NCBI GenBank assembly: GCA_043228905.1
Contig: JBHGNT010000003.1
Coordinates: 15,872,001-15,936,000 of the forward strand
DNA: 64,000 nt
Origin: Azolla caroliniana
Lineage: Eukaryota; Plantae; Polypodiophyta
Direction: 5' to 3'
Position numbers and translations under genes: made by a program. This document shows positions 62,320 through 64,000 of this stretch, piece by piece. The notes under the pieces were generated by a model. The model worked only from the letters and a program-made list of their open reading frames with translations, searched no databases and was not told the origin of the DNA. Position 1 is the first letter of the stretch; every line of letters starts with the position of its first letter.

Positions 62320-63951
62320 CTAGAAGATCTTGATTCTTTTACCGGCAAATGGCAAGGCAAGTGGTGTGCCATCCAGTTCTACTAAATGATATGTTGCATT
62401 ATCTTCCACTTTCTTCACCACATATGGCCCAAACCATCGTTGTGAGAATTTTCGAGTTGTACTATGTTGGTTATCTAGGCTACTGTCATAGACTAGCACC
62501 CAATCTCCTTCAACGATTTTCCTCGGCCGAAGTTGATGTCGTTTATCGAAGTCTTTCTTGTTCTTTAGCCTTGCATTCTTTAGCCGCGCTTTAGCCACCT
62601 CTATATCTTCCAAATTCCGCTCTAATTGTCGAATCCTCAATGCTAGAAGATCTTCTCTACTTATCTCATCTTGCCATGGAAATGCAAACCATGAAATAAT
62701 ACTTTGTTCTACAGGCATTATTGGCTTTTGTCTGAATATGAGCTCTATCGGCATGTATCCCGTCACCGTGCTATGAGTAGTCCTGTCAGCCCATAGTGCA
62801 AATGGCAATATACGCGGCCATTCTCCTATTTTCCCATGGCAAGCTTTCACTAGAGCCTTCACAATCGGTCCATGTCCACCTTCCACCTTCCCATTGGCTT
62901 CCAGATTATATGCCATGGTAAGAGATAATTTGATTCCCATCCTTGAGAAGAATTCTCTAGCTTCATTGGCGTCCAACTCGCCTCTATCAACCACTATCTT
63001 GCCGACACATCCATATCTGCAAATAACATCTTCAAGAAGGAATCGACATACCGATGATGTCTCCTTAGTTCTTAATGCCCGCCCTTCAACTTGATTGGTA
63101 AGATCCTCTCTTGCGAGCACAAGATACTTCATCTGCCATCGCCCCATTGGCATCATCACAATGTCCACCATCCACTTGTAATGCATAGCCAACGGGTAAG
63201 TCGGATGAAGTCCATCTCGATGGCGAATATTCGAAAACATTTGACATTCCTTACATGTTTCCACATAAGCTGCTACATCTTTGTAGATGCTCGGCCACCA
63301 ATATTTCTCCTTAAGCTTCACAAACGTAGCCCATATTCCTCGATGGCCTGCAAAAACACTATCATGAAATTCAGACATTAGTTTTTGTCGGTCTTCTAGC
63401 TTGCAGACAACTCTCATTGGAGTCCCATTCTTCTTTTTTGCATGCCTCCAAAGAGCTCCATCCTTAAGGAAATACTTGTATGCTTTCTTCCGAATTCGAT
63501 GGAAGTCTTCCGTCGACCACGATTCATCTTTTTGGAGAGAACTCAAGTATTTCCCGATCTCCACGAATTCGCCTTCGTAGTCCTCTTCTATGAAAGTAGT
63601 CAACACCCGAGCATAGGAACTTGCAAAGAAATCCAGGCCAACATCATCTTCATCAGAATGTCGATCTTCTTCTGCGTCATATCTCGCTCGTGATAGCATG
63701 TCTGCAACGACATTATGCTTTCCAGCTACATGACGTATCTCCGGGTTGAGTGATTTGATATATGCAATCCAATGCAACATGGCAATATCCGGTGTATTAC
63801 AACCAGATATCATACCCAAAATTGGTAGGCAATCTGTCTCAATTATGACTTCTGCTCCAATAAGGTAATCATGATCATATTTGATTGCCGAGACGATTCC
63901 CCATAGCTCCCTCTTCACTTGGGCATACCTTCTTTGCCTGTCACTTAACAC
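62320..63951 (-). CDS. Gypsy pol C-terminal part: RNase H, integrase zinc finger, integrase core, GPY motif (open for at least 543 aa)
   Basis: YAQVKRELWG, IETDC, NVVADMLSR, H-x6-H (HDSVFAGH)...CKEC, WMVDIV, IVVDRG, NGKVE, WFGPY. Confidence 0.9.
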   Translation of the reverse strand: MLSDRQRRYAQVKRELWGIVSAIKYDHDYLIGAEVIIETDCLPILGMISGCNTPDIAMLHWIAYIKSLNPEIRHVAGKHNVVADMLSRARYDAEEDRHSDEDDVGLDFFASSYARVLTTFIEEDYEGEFVEIGKYLSSLQKDESWSTEDFHRIRKKAYKYFLKDGALWRHAKKKNGTPMRVVCKLEDRQKLMSEFHDSVFAGHRGIWATFVKLKEKYWWPSIYKDVAAYVETCKECQMFSNIRHRDGLHPTYPLAMHYKWMVDIVMMPMGRWQMKYLVLAREDLTNQVEGRALRTKETSSVCRFLLEDVICRYGCVGKIVVDRGELDANEAREFFSRMGIKLSLTMAYNLEANGKVEGGHGPIVKALVKACHGKIGEWPRILPFALWADRTTHSTVTGYMPIELIFRQKPIMPVEQSIISWFAFPWQDEISREDLLALRIRQLERNLEDIEVAKARLKNARLKNKKDFDKRHQLRPRKIVEGDWVLVYDSSLDNQHSTTRKFSQRWFGPYVVKKVEDNATYHLVELDGTPLALPFAGKRIKIF

Positions 63952-64000
63952 TTTCGCGCCAAACCGAATTGCATATCGGTTGCAATCTTCATCTTCTTGG

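Larger units (their letters stand above)
60777..64000 (-). mobile_element. Gypsy E: 3' LTR and 3' end of pol, inserted in copia D, continues beyond the window
   Basis: LTR 60777-62180 (TGT...ACA), purine-rich TGGGGGCGAA on the minus strand just before it, and pol ORF 62320-63951. Confidence 0.9.

Overview
Eukaryotic, AT-rich plant genomic DNA. The transposon repertoire suggests a seed-free land plant such as a fern, lycophyte or bryophyte (inference). It holds one intact host gene, an 8-exon AUX1/LAX auxin influx carrier on the minus strand (3019-7103). The rest is about 55 kb of decayed, nested transposons: solo LTRs, a gypsy relic, a LINE, three copia elements, two further gypsy elements and two Sola-like DDD DNA transposons. 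The main result is that both DNA transposons carry spliced cargo genes. (1) A Sola1-like element (~20461-28518) splits a LINE and carries, divergent from its transposase, an intron-containing gene fusing a ParB/Srx-like domain to a prokaryotic-type beta-class N6-adenine/N4-cytosine DNA methyltransferase (DIPY ... NPYQKP ... DLFSGTGTT). (2) A complete Sola2-like element (45991-56075; 25-bp TIRs, AAAT TSD) carries a RING plus FCP1/HAD-like gene. Two of its introns are filled with the 14-bp palindrome TAGCTAATTAGCTA, and it also has a telomere-like array and an 83-bp tandem array. Most TE reading frames in this copy are disrupted by stops or frameshifts. All domain calls come from motif recognition by eye; no database searches were run.
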